A stretch of DNA of 64,000 bases. Source: the human T2T-CHM13v2.0 reference genome, Homo sapiens. Where the stretch lies: the NCBI RefSeq assembly GCF_009914755.1, contig NC_060926.1. The stretch is one strand, 5' to 3'. The notes under the pieces are model-generated. The model ran no database searches. It saw only the letters and a list, made by a program, of their open reading frames with translations, and had not been told where the DNA came from. Below, in pieces: positions 38,481 to 51,022 of this stretch (its first letter is position 1; each line of letters begins with the position of its first letter). Position numbers and translations under genes: made by a program.

Positions 38481-41400
38481 CACGTGGCTGTATTCTAGTC
38501 GGCTGTGTGCCCAATAGTTTTTAACCCAATGGTCCATAAAATTCCATCTGTTTCCTAAATCAGTCAGGTCTCATGGGGCTGATTGCCAAAATGGGAGAGG
38601 TCCTCTGGGCAGCTGTCGGTGTTCTAACGCCGCTGACAAACTGACCAGATTCTGAGCCATATGGCAAGCCCCTGATGCTGGCTGGCATCCTCACAAATGC
38701 ATGGAGCTTACAAGGGAGAAGAAAGGATGCTGGTGGCATTGGGGGCTTCTTGCAGGTTGGGTTGGGGAAAACCAGCTTAGATAAAAAGAAATCTAGGAAA
38801 GGGTGAAATATTCAAACTATCAGCTTTGACTAGAGAAGATTCAATTTGAGATAGAAGGGATGCTGAAATTAATGAACCTTGGTTAGCTGGTATCCCTGCA
38901 GTATGATAAGATCTATCATTTAGATCAAGGAGATTTATTCTTGGGATACAGCAAGACCTCCCAGGTTTTTGGAAAGGTATCTGATGGAATGAGGCAAAAA
39001 TTTCAGAGTTAGTTGGCCAAGTTATGGTGGGAGAGAGTAGGATGAAAGGCTGGGGTGCCTTCTAGGCCAGGTATAGCTGGGGTTGAACCTGACAGCCTGG
39101 GACCTCTTTGAAGGCCAAAGAGACAGACTGGCCACACCCAGTGGGAATTTGTTAAGGGGCTGCTACCTGATGTTCCTGAGGGTACTTTGGGAGCTAAATC
39201 CAAGCATAGAGCAAGCATGGGAGCATCACGTGGATTTCCATTTCAACACTGGTGAAATCAAATCTCCTAACACACCGTCATCTAGCTTTGCCTTGCTCAG
39301 GGTCTGTGCAAGGTTGAGCAGGCTGAGTACTGGTCATTACTGGCCATGGTTGGGCATGGCCAAGGTTGGTAGGGATAGGGGCTGACTAAGCACCCACCCC
39401 CACCCTAACCCTGGAAGAACACAATGGAAAAGTAATGTGTTAAGAGTGTCAGTCTAAGAACAGCACATCTGTTTGTGTTACTGGTACTGAACTTCACTAT
39501 GGAAGCAAGTGGGTGGATAGACTCTAAGATGGTGCATTCAAAATGGATATTCTCTGCTGGCTTTAGCAACAGCTTCATGGTTAGTGATTTCTCCATGTGT
39601 GTGATTCGCTCACGTAATTCTGTTTAGCTCCACGAAAGCTGTTAAAAAAACAAACAAAATAAAACAGAAAAACAAGACAGAAGAGAGAAACCATAATTGA
39701 GCTAGCAACGTGCTTAAATAGGAAACACTACAGAACATATATCTGTTTGCGGGGGATCACAAGGTCTCACAAAACAAAGTTGCATAGGAGAATGTGAGGA
39801 CAGACAGGGTTATATAACACAATGTAGTTTCAATCAGAATGATTTTGTCCTTTGACCTGACTGTAAATCAAAAGATACGTTTCTATTCTCCACCCCCGTG
39901 TTTTTCTTGATGGTAATTTCCACTGAATGTCAAGCTTTTTGTGTGATGAATAAATACCCATTCTATGGGTACCATTACCAGCTGTCCTAGCTGCTGTAGG
40001 AACTCTCCTTGACTGAAATAACAATAAATTATTTCAATCATTTAGAAATTAGCTGCACAATTGTCAAAGCTCTGGCTTATATTAACATGATGCTTGAGAA
40101 AAAGAAAAAAAAAGAAAAGAATAAAAGAAAGGGCAAAGAGGGAGAAAGAAAAACATTTCGAGCCCCATTCCAACTATCAAGGGAGGCTGTCTGAGAACAA
40201 AGGCAAAGCGACATAGTTTACTCTTATCTGCTCTAATTATTCTTTATCTTAAAGTATTACAATTGATTGTATTGAGCATCTTTATCTATGTCTGGAAAGG
40301 ATCAAATAAGAGAAAAGGAGGGGCTGAGAGGAACACTATAGAAAGATAGATTTTTGTCTCATTGCAGGAAGAGCTTTCCTTTAAAGGGAAAATATGCTGT
40401 TATGGAAGGTCCCTGGAAGCAGTACGATGCAGAGTTCACCTCGGGAGTTCTGGGTTCAGACTGTCATGGTGGGACTTAGCACTTCGCAAACTGCTCTGTA
40501 CCTTCCCCATGTGTAGAACAGGGAAAACTGTAGTCCATCCCCAAAGAGACAATATGTGCCTGGCTGTTGGTGATAATCAGCCATTTAATACTACTATTCA
40601 TGAATCCCTTGTCCTTGAACGTGTTCAAATGTTAGATTTTTAAAAAGCTCTATTCAGCTCAGAGATTGAATTCTTAGGTTCTGCCAGGGAGATAAGGAGA
40701 TGGATGAGCAGAACTCAGTGAGGCTGACGGAGGGCAAGTACCCTGGGCACTGGGTCTTGCTTATTAGTTCTGCCGGGCAGCATGCGGCACACTTGGTCTC
40801 CCCAGGTCTCCATCTGCAGCCTCTCAGACAGCGTGTTGAGCTGACATATGGCACAGGGCCAGCCCTGGGCATTTGATCATTGTCAGCCTCCCAGCAGAAT
40901 CTTTGGCCTGAGCACAGATTGGCAGGCGGGCAGTCAGTGCTTCCCTCTCTGATGATGGGCTAGCCCGGGGAAGGCCCAGAGCCAAAGGTCAGAAGGAAAA
41001 CAAGGAAGCTGTGAAATCATATCAGAGAATCAGAGCTCAGTCCCTTCTTTTCACAATTGAGGAGCCAGAGGCTCTGAAAAGGGAGATGATATGCGGAGGC
41101 TGCATCCCTCATGACAGCAGAACTTGGACCAAAAGACAAGTCCCTTTCTTCCAGATTAGTGATCGCCCTGTTTCAGCTTACTGACTGTCAGGGCTGGCAA
41201 ACAAATGGCAAATGGTTAGGTTGGGGTAATGAGGTGTCAGGGGTTTATGAAGCAGCCTTTTTGTACCTATAAATGAAATTTTTAAAGTGCCATGATATAG
41301 TCAGTAGGCCTATGTCAAGAAAGAAAGCTTGTCACATAAGTCTGGCGTAGAGCCACTGGGCAGAGGCAGGAAGAAAGACATAAAGAGAAACTGTTACCCA

Positions 41401-42689
41401 GCTAGTAATTGCCAGGTTGAATGGGCTTGTATAAAGGTCATCTCTCTATCAGGAGGGTTGAGAAGGCAGGACTTTGTGGAGCCAAAGTGAGGGAAACAGA
41501 AGCAGATTTAGCAAGATTCTTTTTGTTTCTTTTTTGTGGGCATGAGTAGAGGAGAGGAATGTGAGACTGACATTAGGGTCTCCACGGCATTAGGTCTCCG
41601 TGAAGTTGCGAGTTAGTGGAAATTTGTGTTTCATGCCTTCATCACCTTATCTTTTGTACCTTCATTCCTCTTCCACATCTTTCTGGAGAGGAGTGTACTC
41701 TCACAAATCCTCTCCTCATTAAAGTGAAGAAAATAATATGATAAATTAATTCACACCAAGATGGTGGTGACTAATGTGTGCTGTCCGTGCGACCTTTGAG
41801 TTTTAAAAGGAGATTCTAAGAGAAGGCCAGTGCCATTGCTTACCATTGAGCAGGGAGTCTCTACCAGCAGAATGTCAGATGAGGGGAGGAGGAATGGTGT
41901 GTCTGGATGCATATTATGAGCATAATTTTGTTCTCAGTGCACTGATCCATTTAATCTTCGAAACAAGCCTGTGATTACCTGAGACACAGAGTGGTTATGT
42001 CACCTGAGGAAGGTCACATGGCTGGAAAGAGAAGTTTGGAACTAAACTTAGTCACACTATGGCTCTAAAACAAAATGTCCCTTTTACTGTTCAATGCTTG
42101 CCAGTGAGAAGTTACTTTCCTTATTTGTACCATAATTTTACTCAAGTCTGTGAGGATTTTGAGTTGAAGATATGGCTCCTAATGCCTGGAGCCGGATGTG
42201 GGATGTGCTGAATGCATCTCCTTCAGTTACTGGTCTCTATTACTAAGCCAGAAGCTGGACACCTGAGCTATTGGTGACATGGAGTACCCGGGTTGTAGAC
42301 CAATGCTCCTATGTGTAATAAAAAGTTACTTGCTTTTCTTGGAAGCCTCTTCTTTCTGTGTGGCCACTTTAATATCCCCTGCACATTGGTATCCCCTGCA
42401 CTTTGGATGATCTGGTATTGCTGTGGCTTCTGTGTGTTGTGCAGCCCTGCTGCCATTCCAGGAATCACCAGCAATACTGCAACTGATGTAGTCTCAGTAC
42501 ATTTGGGTGGACTGGGGTGCTATTGGACGCGGAGGGAGCAGGCGGGATAGTGAGATCCCAGAGCAAGGCCACTTTGCATGACATTCAACTGGAATGTAGC
42601 TTGTATGAGTTCTCAAAGATTATGTCACCACCATACAATTGTCTTTGGGTTTCTCAGTGTTTTACAACTAATTAAATGCAGTTAGTGTT

Positions 42690-42870
42690 TAAGGGCTCAA
42701 GGCTTCGTGCAAGTTAGGCCCACATTGAAAACCCAGGCAATGCATTTTAGCTACATGGCCTTAGACAGGTACTTATACACTTCGAGTTTCAGTTTCCTTA
42801 GCTATAAAATGGGAAGCATAATAGATACCTTATTGGGCACCTGAGGGAATTAGATGAGAAAAGGTACATG
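42690..42870 (+). mobile_element. MIR SINE
   Basis: ggccttagacaggtactta...tcagtttccttagctataaaatggg...gaattagatgaga. Confidence 0.72.
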
Positions 42871-42879
42871 CACATGGAG

Positions 42880-43535
42880 GTCGAGTAGAAGGTGGTTATC
42901 AGAGGCAGGGAAGATTGGAGGAAGCAGGGAATAAAGAGAGGTTGGTTAACAGGTACAAAAATACAGTTAGGTAGAAGGAATAAGTTCTAGCGCTTGATAG
43001 CACAGTGGGGTGACTATAGTTAACAATAATTTGTTGCATATTTCAAAATAGCTTGAAGAAAGTATTTGGAATGTTTTCAACACGAAAGAATGATAACTGT
43101 TTGAGGTGATTGATATGCCCATTGCCCTGATTTGATCATTATACATTTTTTTTTAATTTTACATGTTTTTTTTTGGACAGAGTCTCGCTCTGTCACCCAG
43201 GCGGTGATCTCGACTCACTGCAACCTCTGCCTCCCGGGTTCAAGTGATTCTTCTGCCTCAGCCTCCCGAGTAGCTGGGATTACAGGTGCCCACCACCGCA
43301 CCCAGTTAATTTTTGTATCTTTAGTAGAGATGGGATTTCGCCGTGTTGGCAAGGCTGGTTTCAAACTCCTGACCTCAGGTTTTCTGCCCGCCTTGGCCTC
43401 CCAAACTGCTGAGATTACAGGCGTGAGTCACTGTGCCCGACTGATCGTTATACATTATATATATTGAAATAACATGTATTGAGATAACATACTGTACCTC
43501 ATAAATATGTACAATTATTATGTATCAGTAAAAAA
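42880..43535 (+). mobile_element. L1MA 3'UTR split by an Alu
   Basis: gttggttaacaggtacaaaaatacagttag...aggaataagttctag...gactatagttaacaataat...cataaatatgtacaattattatg. Confidence 0.88.
43148..43441 (-). mobile_element. AluS with a short internal deletion
   Basis: 15-bp TSD tgatcattatacatt (43133-43147) / tgatcgttatacatt (43442-43456). Confidence 0.95.
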
Positions 43536-44836
43536 AGAAAGAAAAATGTTCATGGAAAGTTTTTTTAGTATAATGCTGACACATAATAAGTATACAATAC
43601 ACTGTCTATATTATTAATATTAATATTACTGATGTAAAAATATACAAACTCCTTACTAGGCTTCGTAAGATCCATTGTATTTGCTCCTAGAATTCTTTCC
43701 AAACTCATCTTTGTATCTCTTCTCAGACTCAGCACATAGTAGATTTAGAGTAAACACTATATTGAGGGATGGGTTCACATTTCTCTTCATTCTCTTTTCT
43801 CTTGAGAATGAACCTTCATATACTGATGCTCTAAAATTTATTTTATTCTTTCAGGGATTTTAATGCTCCTCCTCCTTGTTTCCCTCAGTTAGTATTTCTG
43901 CTTTCTAAGATTTTGTTTTTTTTCTCTTGTTTAAAAGTCAGACACCCTTCCAACTCCCTTGTCTCCTGCAGAGGAGATCGAAAGAGATGATTCACTTTTG
44001 AACATGTGAAAAATGACTTCCTTGAAATTTTAGTTCATCGAACAGACTATCCTCTAGTGCCTTCCTTCACCCTTGCTGCTTCCTTCTAGAGCTGAAGTTA
44101 GGCTGCAGATGAGGAGGGCAAGAAGGAGTATCTATTTTTCAATCCTTGTGTAGGTGCCAAGAGACTTAACTAACAGCAGCTATAGAAATAAGTTGTACAT
44201 TTTGTCTAACTTCCTTTGAAGTCTTTGAAGAAATAAATAAACCTTCGATTTTTTTTTAGAAATATTTAGAGTAATTCTATTTAGGTCAGTTGATAAGTTA
44301 CCTCTGTTAGAACTGAGGGACTATATAAAAAACTTGGATGTTTCAATTATTCATATAGTGATGTATTTTGTAGTTAATATGACCTATTGTGTATTAATCA
44401 GATGTGGACTACTAAAACCTAATTTATTCAGTTATTCAAAGAAGAAGTAGACTGTGCTTCTGTGTGTCAAATAATATGGTTAATTTTCTGGATCCCTGAC
44501 AAGTAAATAAATTTATGTTAAAAAATAACAAATTAAGATTCCCTAAAATATGTAGACTATTGACATACTACAAAATACGTATTTATATTTGTGTTTGGCT
44601 GGTTGGAAATACCTAGATAGCAAGTTCAATTTTCCAATTCATTTTGCAAACACCTTTCTCTTTAACCTTGAAAAATCCTTTCCACTGTTATTTGTGAAAA
44701 ATCATTTTTTTAGCAGACTGCTTTCTGAAAATCACTGACCCTTCTCCTGTTTGGAAAGGACCTTGAAGTTCAGCTTGTTCAACCACACACCAAAAGCTCT
44801 AATCTTCCCTCTAGCAGCTTAGATAACAGCTAGTTC

Positions 44837-45404
44837 AGTGGTTGTCTATCCTGGGTTTATATTATTAACTTATAGAGACTTAAACAATTATAAATGATCA
44901 GCCCCCTCTCTTCTACCTCCCAACAACTTTGATGTATAGTCATGGGCTACATAAGGACATTTCAGTCTAGAATAGATGTACACAATTGTGGTCCCATAAA
45001 ATTATAATGAAGCTGCCCTATACAGATGTACAATTAAAAAAATATTTTATACCATATTTTTACTGGTAACTTTTCTATGTTTAGATACGCTTAGATACAC
45101 AAATACTCACCATTGTGCTACAACTGCCTACAGTATTCAATAGAGTAACATGCTTTACAGGTTTATAACCTAGGAACAATAGGCTATACCGTATAGCCTA
45201 GGCACGTAGTAGGATACATCATCTAGGTTTGTGTAAGTACACGCTATCATGTTTACACAATGATGAAACCACCTAAGGATGCATTTCTTAGAAGGTATTC
45301 CTACTCAGTGATCCATGAATTTAATTGGTCTGGGAGGAGTTTGGCATTCACATTAGAAAAGCTCCCTACGTGCTTTTAATGTGCCTCCAGGCTAAAAACC
45401 ACTA
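44837..45404. mobile_element. MER5-family MITE split by Tigger3
   Basis: cagtggttgtctatcctgg... on the left; aattggtctggg...aaagctccc...ttttaatgtgc...aaccact on the right. Confidence 0.6.
44937..45305. mobile_element. Tigger3a-like TcMar DNA transposon
   Basis: tggtcccataaaattataatg...cattgtgctacaactgcctacagtattca...ggtttgtgtaagtacac. Confidence 0.88.
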
Positions 45405-46875
45405 TACAAGTTGACCTGCTGAGGTGCTGATGAGAGGACGTAGAAGACCAGAAGGACCACAGTTCACCTTGACATTGAGGTTAAAAGCTATTCATAAGAT
45501 ATTCATATCTGAAATAATAAAGGCACCATGTACATTTTTGAATTCAGCAAGAAAAGGGCAGTTTTCTTATCCTGCTTATCTTAAGGTGATTGCACAGATA
45601 ACATGGGCCCAGGCAGAAGCCAGGGAAAAAATGCCTTGTCAAAAGATGAAGAGTTAAGGGAGTCTGTTGAAAGTGGCAGCCTCCCCTCATTGCCTTGATC
45701 AGTGCTCCAATTCCTAACCTGGAACATACCAATCTGTCCCAGGACACCCCACACAGACATACACTTGATTTTGCTTCCTTTTCCTCCTGCTATTCTGTAC
45801 TTCTGACAATCATCTCCTTTTCCTACCATCAAAATCTGTCTTGGAGATGATGTGCCGACATCCCTCAGCCACATTGTTTGGATTCCCATAAAAGCCACTC
45901 AATTCCCCTGCCAGGGTACTCAGGTCTTTGTAGGCTTGGTGTAAGCATAGGTGGGCCAGTGTGTGAGAGACTGCTGGACTGGCAGAGACTTGGGGCATTC
46001 TCATAGTGTTCAATTTCCTGGCAGGTCAGATAAACCTGTGGGGGGCACTGAGACTCAAAATAATTTCCTTTACCCAGCGTTTATTTGGGAAATCCCCTGA
46101 CTTCTCAGATACTTAAGAAAATGTCAGGGCTCTGAAAATAAGTTACTAATGCTCCTGAAATTTAAACTCTTAAGACTCTATACATAAGTCAGATATGACC
46201 CCATTAAGGAGGATAGTTTACTTCTTTATATTTTGTTCGTAGAAGAAAAAAAATTGCCTTTGTGCACAGGTCCTGCTGGAAAACTGCTCTCAATCCATAG
46301 CCTTTCTTTGCTTGGAACTGTAGAAACTGACATAGGTTGTTCCTAATCTTGAGTGACAGTCATTTAGCTAGCAGACATTTGCATGGTCTTTGGAGAATTA
46401 TAGCACATATTAAGCATGCCTATATCTTGTTCATTTCTTATGCACATACTCCAGTGCTTTTTAGATCTTAACACAAAGAATCCTGAAGAAAAAGAAACTG
46501 TAACACTCAAAGAAAAGTAAGATATTCAAAAAGAATGTGACATAGGCTTTAAGAAAAAGCTGGAGAAGCAGTTAGTAAACTTATCCCTTTATGTACTATA
46601 TGCAAGGTATATTTCCCTCTTTCTCCCGCTTCTTCTTTCCCTCCCTATCACACCCTGTCCATCTACCCTCACCCCAGCTGTCATTAGTTGTATTCATTTT
46701 ATGAATCTTACAAATACCCTACCACATCTTGTATTTTACACAACACACACAGTCACACACATGCACACAATTTAATTCAACTGTAAGTCTTCCCTATTGG
46801 TTTGCAACTTGCTTTTCTTATTTAAAATATCTTGTACATTCCCATTCTAGATAAATGGAGGATATCCTTCTAACT

Positions 46876-47072
46876 CAATGGTTCTCAAACTTTAGCATGC
46901 ATCAGAATCACCTGGAGGACTTGCCAAAATACAGATTGTTGGATCTCATCCCCCAAGTTTCTGATTCAGTATATCTGGGGTGGAGCCCAATAATTTTTTG
47001 TCAATATCACATTTATAACACATTCCCAGGCAATGTTGACTCTACCGTTCCAGGAACACAATTTGGGAGAAG
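46876..47072. mobile_element. MER5A MITE
   Basis: ggttctcaaactttagcatgcatcagaatcacctggaggactt...gtttctgattcagta...ttcccagg. Confidence 0.88.
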
Positions 47073-47159
47073 ACTTTCTAACCGCTTCTTTTAGATAGCT
47101 ACATAATCTTTAATGATAGAGATACAGCATGAATTTTTCTGTCATTCCACTACTGATTC

Positions 47160-47656
47160 TGACAAAGATTCTTTGCTTTACCTAACTTTAGCCAGGCTCC
47201 TAAATCTTTTCCTACTCCCATTTGTGCATTTCCTTGTAAAATCCAGTTTTAACAAAGAATCCTGTTAAGTCAGTTTAGTAAGAACCACCCACCCTCAATA
47301 TCTGATCACCCTCCTTGTCTGATGAAGTTCCTTATCCTCCCCCATGCCTGACATGATGTCTGATCACCCTGGCCCGTTGTTTACAAGAATCCTGTTATGT
47401 TGGAGTTCCCATTATCCCTGATGTTACCTCGTAGTAATTTTTCATCCACTGACCTCCCTCACCTCCCTACTCCTTAGCTATAAATTGCCGCTGCCCATGC
47501 TGTATTCAGAATGAAGCCGTCTCCCCACCAGCTCACACTGACCCCCAACTGCAAATTCCCATTGCTAGGGTTCCTATAACTATTGCAAAGGTCCTAAATA
47601 AAGTCTGCCTTATCATGCCTTAACTAGTGTCATTGAATGTTTCTGTTTGTTTGACA
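47160..47656 (+). mobile_element. MER31A-like ERV1 solo LTR
   Basis: TG...CA ends; tgacaaagattct...ttccttgtaaaatccagtttt...atctgatcaccct (twice); TATAAA at 47479 and AATAAA at 47597. Confidence 0.82.
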
Positions 47657-48179
47657 ATATACATGCAATTATTTTGTCTCTACATTCAGTGGTGCAATAA
47701 ATGTCCTTATACTGTTATGTTCATGTACTGGTGCTTTTATCTTGCTAGGATCCGAAACTTAAAAAAAAAAAGTCTTTTGAACTAGATTATGAGTCACAGG
47801 AGAAAATCAGTCTCACTGCTTTGTGGCCACACTTCAGCTAGATCTTATTGCTAGACTTGGAACCAAATAATGTCGACTTTTTCCAGAAGTATATCCTCCC
47901 TCAGAAGAATGATATTTTCCACTTTTGTGGATAATCAAAGATATATGCCCCAGGCTCCTACAGCATTTCTAGAAGGGGAGCTCCAGCTATGCAAGTTGTC
48001 AGCAAGGGCAGGTTGAGTGGGCTTTGTGCTCAGCCCCCTGGGGATCTGCTTTGCAAGACATCATTCACTGGGCAATAAAAGGTTTGGTGATGTTTTCATT
48101 GTTATTTAAAAGTCAGTTAACTTACTTTGATTATGTACAGTGCCTTGGGCCTTGCCTTAGAAGTCTAGGGAATGAACAC

Positions 48180-48420
48180 TTTTAATTGAACTCCTGCTGT
48201 ATTCTAGGCACTTTTAAAAACAAGATCTCATGGCATTATGATAACAACCTCGGGAGGTGGGACTCTGCACAGGTTAATTTTGTCTGGTTGTTGAAGAAAA
48301 TGAGTCTCAGGCTACTGAAGTTGCTTTTCTAAGTCTGTTGATGATGGTATATGGCCAAGCTAAAATTTGAACTTAGAAACTTCTGGCTTCAAATTTATTT
48401 ATTTTTTTCCTGGAAACATA
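48180..48420 (-). mobile_element. MIR SINE (degraded)
   Basis: attgaactcctgctgtattctaggcactttt...ataacaacctcgggaggtgg...aaaatgagtctcag. Confidence 0.55.
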
Positions 48421-48679
48421 CTGCTTTATACGGGAAGACTTGAAAGCAGCAAATAGAGTCTCTATCTAGGGTATACTGATTGAGTTTGAGGTTGTATAGA
48501 TATTGGTCATTTTAATTCTTTTTTAAGCCTCTGTTTCTTGAGTTATATCTGTTGTAGGCAGCATCATTTACTCATTCAATTTTGGGCAATAATCATGACT
48601 GGATTAAACATTTGGGTTTTCCATTTATGCTGATTTCATCTAGGTACAATTTTCTATCTCTCTTATGTATCTCATTTTT

Positions 48680-48731
48680 CTCTCCCTTCCTTTCCTTCTT
48701 TCTTTCTTTCTTTTTTTTTTTTTTTTTTTTT
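48680..48731. repeat. (CTTT)n / poly-T low-complexity tract
   Basis: Direct read: cttctttccttctttctttctttc followed by a long T run. Confidence 0.9.
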
Positions 48732-50809
48732 GACGAATAAAGAGCTGCTGGGTCATCACTTCTCAGCCTAAAGAGTCACTATTAATCTTGAGAGCAGCAT
48801 TCCTGGTCGAAAAGACACTAGGACATGGTTTGCAAGCATCCAGGAATTAGTCTACGCACTCTTTGGGTGTTATCCTCAACGGTGTCTTCTCTATTCGGTT
48901 TCTTTCTTGTCTTGGAGTCCCAGTTCCACCTTGTTATGAATTCCCTATCCCTACCCTCTCCACTCTAGCTTCTCGTTGATCTTTTATAGCTTATTTTCTA
49001 GTGCAGTGTTTAACCTCTGCTCTGAAATCATTAGTCTATTTTTCCTCCCTACTTAGTCGGCACACTGATTATTCCAGATTCTATGGTTCCTGTTTCCAAC
49101 CCTCTCAGCCTTTCTCGTCTTTTACCTGACTCCCTAGGAGTTGGCGCTGTGATGCGATGCTTACTTGACTGTTTATGCCTCCATCTCTGACCTTTTTCTG
49201 AAAATCTTTTCATACTGTGGCTTGCTAAATACTGTCTGACAAATCCCCTGCTCCATTTATCATCTCACATGGTTCTTTAACTGTTGTTTTATCTTCTGTT
49301 CCTTTTAAGTCCTTGTTTTCTTCACTTCTTTATCCAGTAACATAGACATGTGAGCAGAGGAAAATAAAAATAGAACACCCCCCTTAATAGTCGCCAGCAC
49401 TACGTCTAACTTCCTTTGTTCATTAAGGTAGTACTTTGTACATTTTAATGTATTGGTAGTTTTTCAAGTAGTTGAAATGCCTAGATTAATTGAGGTAGGG
49501 ATTGCAGATCCTTAGAAGGGTTATGGAGCACAGGGAAAGAATCATTCGGCTCTGGTTAAATCTTATTTTTCTTTATTCTCATTCTGTGTGGAGTTATTAG
49601 GATGGATTTCCTTAGAATGTTTGGGAGTTTTCATGTTCAGGCTGCTTTCAAAATCAACAGTCTCCACGGGTGGATACTCAGGATTTGGGGTAACAAGAGG
49701 AATGAGTTCTGATTCCACCCTATGAAGCTTGTGATGAAGCATTTCCAATACATTATTGAATTTGATTACATTAATAGTCCTGTGAAGTAGATCTTCATAT
49801 TGCTATTTTACAGTCAATAAACCAAGCTCAGAAAGATGGAAGAAAATAAACATTTATCTAGTATATATTTTCTAGGCAGTTTGGCTAAAGGATAAATGGC
49901 TTGCCCCAAGGCACATTGCTGTACGCAGAGGAGCTAGAATTCATTGTTTTACCCACTGTCTCAAAGTGCTAATGGTCGTGGAGTCATACTTTTAGGGACT
50001 TGTAGCTCATGGACTGAGGTTTCAGGAATGAAGCCCTATTCTCCTTTTTCATCTTCTGCCTCTTCCTTTATCTCCCCTTCATGATTCTGTGAACCTCTTT
50101 CATATTTTTCCTTCTTTCTAAACCAACAGGTTTACTCTTATTGGTCTGTCCTTGACCCAGCATTGATGCCTTCTCTCCCTCTCTCTGCCAGCCTCCAAGC
50201 ATCACTGCAGCCCTCTTGGAATTCTAGTTGATCTTATCCCAGCAGCTCCAGCCTGAACTGTGAGAAAGAATGTTCTATCTGTCCTGCATGAACCAGAAGA
50301 AAGAACTGTCTTCAATATAATGGAGATCCAATAATCTGTTTTGACAGTGATGTTAATTCCAAATAATTTACGGGTTCTTGAGCTTTTCATCATGGTACCA
50401 GGTTTTCTATGGGGTATCAGACATTGGGTTAAAACTGATTCATGCAATGAAATGGACAAATTTGAGTTGTGGTCAGATGTTTTAATTAGCTCTCTTTTAC
50501 TTAGAGTTCCTCCTGCCCTGATGGTTGAATCATTTCTACCAAAGTTCTTTGTGCTTCAGTGAGGTTTTCTCACAGTAAAAAGGGAACAAGCAGATCTGGA
50601 CTTAAAAATAGGTAGAATGAGTAGTATCAGGAAATTCTGTCCTAATGGTGTCTGTAATAATGGCTGAAAATTCAATATTAGCTAGGAAGTTTCACTTTGT
50701 CATTAAGTTTTTTTCTTTTTCTCTAATGCCTCCCCCAACTTGCATACCCACTCTGGCATGCACAATGTTCCTATATCACTTTGGGACGAGACCTTGTTTA
50801 TGTAAATTT

Positions 50810-51022
50810 CCTATATTCCAGACACTGTTTTAAGGACTTTATAAGCATTAGTTTATTTAAACACATGAGGAAGGTACTAGTACAAATCTCATACCACAGG
50901 TGAAGAATCTGAGGCACAGACAAGTTAATTAACTTAGCCATTGTTCAGCGGGCTAGTAAGTGGCACAGCTGGTGTTAAAATTCAGGCATTCTGGTTCCAG
51001 AGTCTTTGCTCTCAGCTACTCT
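50810..51022 (-). mobile_element. MIR SINE
   Basis: cacaggtgaagaatctgaggcacagacaagttaattaactt...gctagtaagtggcacagctgg. Confidence 0.82.
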
